In this document: in pieces, positions 21,461-27,022 of the stretch
How the letters are laid out: each line of letters begins with the position of its first letter
Numbering within the stretch: the first letter of the stretch is position 1
Assembly (NCBI GenBank): GCA_002189035.1
Contig: NEEC01000188.1
Location: forward strand, 1 to 27,022
Direction: 5' to 3'
Origin: Utricularia gibba
Taxonomy: Eukaryota; Plantae; Magnoliophyta
Length of the DNA: 27,022 nucleotides
Notes under the pieces: model-generated
Database searches by the model: none
Told to the model about the DNA's origin: nothing
What the model saw: the letters and a program-made list of their open reading frames with translations, nothing else
Translations under genes and position numbers: made by a program

Positions 21461-24400
21461 CTCAAGTATAAAGTAAGTTGTTGAAAAATCATGTGGGGTG
21501 CACCGCAATTTAAACAAATGCATCATTTTTTTTTAATCGATTTGGTTGACCTCATGAGCCATACAGAATCGGGGTCAAGGACCAAGTTCCAGCGAGACTG
21601 GTTCCTTGAAAAACCATGTAGGCAGCCCCGAAAACCGAACGATAATAAATACATCACTTTATTTGACAACTAACAAGCCAAACCTTACTTTGTCCGTTCT
21701 GCACCCCAAGACGCCTCCTCAAGTATAAAGTAAGTTGTTGAAAAAATCATGTGGGGTGCACGTGATATCGCAATTTAAACAAATGCATCATTTTTTTAAT
21801 CGATTTGCATCACCATGAGCATACAGAATCGGGGTCAACCAAGTTCCCAGCGAGACTGGCCGCCACAAAACGAGAAGCGGTTCCTTGAAAAACCATGTAG
21901 GCAGCCCCCGAAAACGAACGATAATAAATACATCACTATTTGCGGGCTACAACTAACTCAAGCCAAACCTTACCTTTGTCCGTTCCAGGTGCACCCAAGA
22001 CCGCCTCCCAAGTATAAAGTAAGTTGTTGAAAAAATCATGTGGGGTGCACGTGATATCGCAATTTAAACAAATGCATCATTTTTTTTAATCGATTTGCAT
22101 CGGTTGACCTCATGAGCCATACAGAATCGGGGTCAAGGACCAAGTTCCCAGCGAGACTGGCCGCCACAAAACGAGAAGCGGTTCCTTGAAAAACCATGTA
22201 GGGAAAACGAACGATAATAAATACATCACTTTATTTGCGGCTACAACTAACTCTCGAAGCCAAACCTTACCTTTGTCCCGTTCCAGGTGCACCAAGACCG
22301 CCTCCTCAAGTATAAAGTAAGTTGTTGAAAAATCATGTGGGGTGCACGATATCGAATTTAAACAAATGCATCATTTTTTTTAATCGATTTGCATCCGGTT
22401 GACCTCATGAGCCATACAGAATCGGGGTCAAGGACCAAGTTCCAGCGAGACTGGCCGCCACAAAACGAGAAGCGGTTCCTTGAAAAAAGTAGGCAGCCCC
22501 GAAACCGAACGATAATAAATACATCACTTTATTTGTACAACTAACTCTCGGCGCAAGCCAAACTTACTTTGTCCGTTCTGCCCAAGACCGCCTCCTCAGT
22601 ATAAAGTAAGTTGTTGAAAAAATCATGTGGGGTGCACGTGATATCGCAATTTAAACAAATGCATCATTTTTTTAATCGATTTGCATCCGGTTGACCTCAT
22701 GAGCCATACAGAATCGGGTCAAGGACCAAGTTCCCAGCGAGACTGGCCGCACAAAAACGAGAAGCGGTTCCTTGAAAAACCATGTAGGCTAATAAATACA
22801 TCACTTTTTGCAACTAACAAGCCAGTCCCGTTCCAGTGCACCCCAAGACCTCCTCAAGTATAAAGTAAGTTGTTGAAAAAATCATGTGGGGTGCACGTGA
22901 TATCGCAATTTAAACAAATGCATCATTTTTTTTAATCGATTTGCATCCTTGACCTCATGAGCCGATCGGTCAAGGACAAGTTCCAGCGAGACTGGCCGCC
23001 ACAAAACGAGAAGCGGTTCCTTGAAAAACCATGTAGGCAGCCCCGAAAACCGAACGATAATAAATACATCACTTTATTTGCCGGGCTACAACTAACTCTC
23101 GGCCAAGCCAAACCTTACCTTTGTCCGTTCCAGGTGCACCCAAGACCTCCTCAAGTATAAAGTAAGTTGTTGAAAAAATCATGTGGGGCACGTGATATCG
23201 CAATTTAAACAAATGCATCATTTTTTTAATCGATTTGCATCCGGTTGACCTCATGAGCCATACAGAATCGGGTCAAGGACCAAGTTCCAGCGAGACTGGC
23301 CGCCACAAAACGAGAAGCGGTTCCTTGAAAAACCATGTAGGCAGCCCCGAAAACCGAACGTAATAAATACATCACTTTATTTGCCGGGCTACAACTAACT
23401 CTCGGCAAGCCAAACCTTACTTTGTCCGTTCAGTGCACCCAAGACCGCCTCCTCAAGTATAAAGTAAGTTGTTGAAAAAATCATGTGGGGTGCACGTGAT
23501 ATCGCAATTTAAACAAATGCATCATTTTTTTTAATCGATTTGCATCCTTGACCTCATGAGCCATACAGAATCGGGGTCAAGGACCAAGTTCCAGCGAGAC
23601 TGGCCGCCACAAAACGAGAAGCGGTTCCTTGAAAAACCATGTAGGCAGCCCCCGAAACCGAACGATAATAAATACATCACTTTATTTGCCGGGCTACAAC
23701 TAACTCTCGGGCAAGCCAAACCTTACCTTTGTCCGTTCCAGTGCACCCAAGACCGCCTCCTCAAGTATAAAGTAAGTTGTTGAAAAAATCATGTGGGGTG
23801 CACGTGATATCGCAATTTAAACAAATGCATCATTTTTTTTTAATCGATTTGCATCCGTTGACCTCATGAGCCATACAGAATCGGGGTCAAGGACCAAGTT
23901 CCCAGCGAGACTGGCCGCCACAAAACGAGAAGCGGTTCCTTGAAAAACCATGTAGGCAGCCCCGAAAACCGAACGATAATAAATACATCACTTTATTTGC
24001 GGGCTACAACTAACTCTCGGCGCAAGCCAAACCTTACCTTTGTCCGTTCCAGGTGCACCCAAGACGCCTCCTCAAGTATAAAGTAAGTTGTTGAAAAATC
24101 ATGTGGGGTGCACGTGAAATTTAAACAAATGCATCATGATTTGCATTGACCTCATGAGCATACAGAATCGGGGTCAAGGACCAAGTTCCCAGCGAGACTG
24201 GCCGCCAAAAACGAGAAGCGGTTCCTTGAAAAACCATGTAGGCCCCGAAAACGAACGTAATAAATACATCACTTTATTTGCCGGGCTACAACTAACAAGC
24301 CAAACTTACCTTTGAAGTGCACCCAAGACCGCCTCCTCAAGTATAAAGTAGTTGTTAAAAAATCATGTGGGGTGCACGTGATATCGCAATTTAAACAAAT

Positions 24401-27022
24401 GCATCATTTTTTTTAATCGATTTGCATCCGGTTGACCTCATGAGCCATACAGAATCGGGGTCAAGGACCAAGTTCCAGCGAGACTGGCCCACAAAACGAG
24501 AAGCGGTTCCTTGAAAAACCATGTAGGCAGCCCGAAAACAACGTAATAAATACATCACTTTATTTGCCTACAACTAACTCTCGGGCAAGCCAAACCTTAC
24601 TTTGACCCCAAGACCGCCTCCTCAAGTATAAAGTAAGTTGTTGAAAAAATCATGTGGGGTGCACGTGATATCGCAATTTAAACAAATGCATCATTTTTTT
24701 TTAATCGATTTGCATCCGGTTGACCTCATGAGCCATACAGAATCGGGGTCAAGGACCAAGTTCCAGCGAGACTGGCCGCCACAAAACGAGAAGCGGTTCC
24801 TTGAAAAACCATGTAGGCAGCCCCGAAAACCGAACGTAAATAAATACATCACTTTATTTGCCGCTACAACTAACTCTCGGGCAAGCCAAACTACCTTTGA
24901 GTGCACCCAAGACGCCTCCTCAAGTATAAAGTAAGTTGTTGAAAAAATCATGTGGGGTGCACGTGATATCGCAATTTAAACAAATGCATCATTTTTTTAA
25001 TCGATTTGCATCCGGTTGACCTCATGAGCCATACAGAATCGGGGTCAGGACCAAGTAGCGAGACTGGCCGCCGAGAAGCAAAAACCATGTAGGCAGCCCC
25101 GAAGAACGTTAATAAATACATCACTTTATTTGCTACAACTAACTCTCGTTACCTTTGTCCGTTCCAGTGCAAAGACCGCCTCAAGTATAAAGTAAGTTGT
25201 TGAAAAATCATGTGGGGTGCACGTGATATCGCAATTTAACAAATGCATCATTTTTTTAATCGATTTGCATCCGGTTGATCATGAGCCATTCGGGGTGGAC
25301 CAAGTTCCGCGAGACTGGCCGCCACAAAACGAGAAGCGGTTCCTTGAAAACCATGTAGGCAGCCCGAAAACCGAACGTAATAAATACATCCTACAACTAA
25401 CAAAGCCAAACCTTACCTTTGTCCGTTCCAGTGCACCCAAGACCGCCTCCTCAAGTATAAGTAAGTTTTGAAAAACATGTGGGGTGCACGTGATATCGCA
25501 ATTTAAACAAATGCATCATGATTTGCATCCGGTTGACCTCATGATAAGAATCGGGGTCAAGGACCAAGTTCCCAGCGAGACTGGCCGCCACAAACTTGAA
25601 AAACCATGTAGGCATAATAAATACATTTTATTTGCCTACAAGAAGCCAAACCTTTTGTCCGTTCATGCACCAAGACCGCCTCCTCAAGTATAAAGTAAGT
25701 TGTTGAAAAAATCATGTGGGGTGCACGTGATATCGCAATTTAAACAAATGCATCATTTTTTTTAATCGATTTGCATCCGGTTGACCTCATGAGCCATACA
25801 GAATAAAGGACCAAGTTCCAGCAGACTGGCCGCACAAAACGAGAAGCTTCCTTGAAAAACCATGTAGGTAATAAATACATCACTTTTGCCGGCTACAACT
25901 AACTCTCGGCAAGCCAAACCTTCCTTTGTCAGTGCACCCCAAGACGCCTCCTCAAGTATAAAGTAAGTTGTTGAAAAAACATGTGGGGTGCACGTGATAT
26001 AATTTAAACAAATGATCATTTTTTTTAATCGATTTCATCGTTGACCTCATGAGCCATACAGAATCGGGTCAAGGACCAAGTTCCCAGCGAGACTGGCCGC
26101 CACAAAACGAGAAGCGGTTCCTTGAAAAACCATGTAGGGCCCCCGAAAACGAACGATAATAAATACATCACTTTATTTGCACAACTAACTCTCGGCGCAA
26201 GCCAAACTACCTTTGTCCGTTCAGGTGCACCAAAAGTATAAAGTAAGTTGTTGAAAAACATGTGGGGTGCACGTGATATCGCAATTTTAAACAAATGCAT
26301 CATTTTTTTAATCGATTTGCATCCGGTTGACCTCATGAGCCATACAGAATCGGGGTCAAGGACAAGTTCCAGCGAGACTGTTCCTTGAAAAACCATGTAG
26401 GCCCCGAAAACGAACGTAATAAATACATCACTTTATTTGCCGGGCTACAACTAACTCAAGCCAAAACAGGTGCACCCAAGAAAGTATAAAGTAAGTTGTT
26501 GAAAAAATCATGTGGGGTGCACGTGATATTTTAAACAAATGCATCATTTTTTTTTAATCGATTTGCATCCGTTGACCTCATGAGCCATACAGAATCGGGG
26601 TCAAGGACCAAGTTCCAGCGAGACTGGCCGCAAAACGAGAAGCGGTTCCTTGAAAAACCATGTAGGCAGCCCCGAAAACCGAACGATAATAAATACATCA
26701 CTTTATTTGCCGGGCTACAACTAACTCTCGGCGCAAGCCAAACTTACCTTTGTCCCGTTCCAGGTGCCCCAAGACCGCCCTCAAGTATAAAGTAAGTTGT
26801 TGAAAAAATCATGTGGGGTGCACGTGATATCGCAATTTAAACAAATGCATCATTTTTTTAATCGATTTGCATCCTTGACCTCATGAGCCATACGGGGTCA
26901 AGGACCAAGTTCCAGCGAGACTGGCCGCCACAAAACGAGAAGCGGTTCCTTGAAAAACCATGTAGGCAGCCCGAAAACCGAACGTAATAAATACATCACT
27001 TTATTTGCCGGGCTACAACTAA

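Larger units (their letters stand above)
1..27022. repeat. Tandem array (satellite-like) of a ~312-316-bp unit, ~95 head-to-tail copies, single orientation
   Basis: The landmark AAATGCATCA(T)nAATCGATTTGCATCC recurs at 223, 537, 845, 1158, 1471, 1783, 2097, 2409, 2711, 3023 and onward to 26537 and 26843. Spacing is 308-317 bp in clean copies and shorter where deletions occur. The array runs off both ends of the window, and no non-repeat sequence is present apart from short noisy patches. Confidence 0.99.

Noticed and set aside
507-26795. All 60-123-aa ORFs in the supplied track, including the 80-aa minus-strand MIFSTTYFILEEAVLG...PILYGS
   Set aside because: They are alternative frames of the same repeat unit. 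Their starts and lengths change with homopolymer indels from copy to copy, and there is no recognisable domain. The 80-aa form needs a unit two bases shorter than the consensus.
231-26860. Length variation of the T, A, C and G runs, and recurrent loss of the T-run (GCATCATGATTTGC), as alleles
   Set aside because: Typical homopolymer miscalls of single-pass long reads; cannot be distinguished from error here.
1-27022. CRISPR array
   Set aside because: There are no unique spacers; the entire unit repeats.
1-27022. Strict periodic higher-order repeat (4-mer or 8-mer of units)
   Set aside because: The variant block recurs at 4- and 8-unit spacing once each, but neighbouring units do not keep the register.

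Overview
The whole 27,022-bp window is one head-to-tail tandem array of a ~312-316-bp unit: about 95 copies by manual count, all in the same orientation, ~46% GC, CpG observed/expected ~1. There is no unique flanking DNA, no credible gene, no RNA gene and no CRISPR array. Every ORF in the supplied track is a frame-shifted re-reading of the same unit. The cleanest full-length copy is 9975-10290 (316 bp). The main hidden structure is that the unit is an old dimer of two ~158-bp monomers (A 159 bp, B 157 bp, ~55-57% identical by hand alignment). This is the architecture of a nucleosome-sized eukaryotic satellite and argues against a synthetic amplicon. Much copy-to-copy variation looks like raw or unpolished long-read error: homopolymer wobble, deletion bias that worsens toward the 3' end, and scrambled patches. 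Some substitutions co-occur, cluster in neighbouring copies, or switch by region, which suggests real satellite sub-families. I see no evidence for a new protein-coding system. The items worth follow-up concern array architecture and unit-internal motifs.
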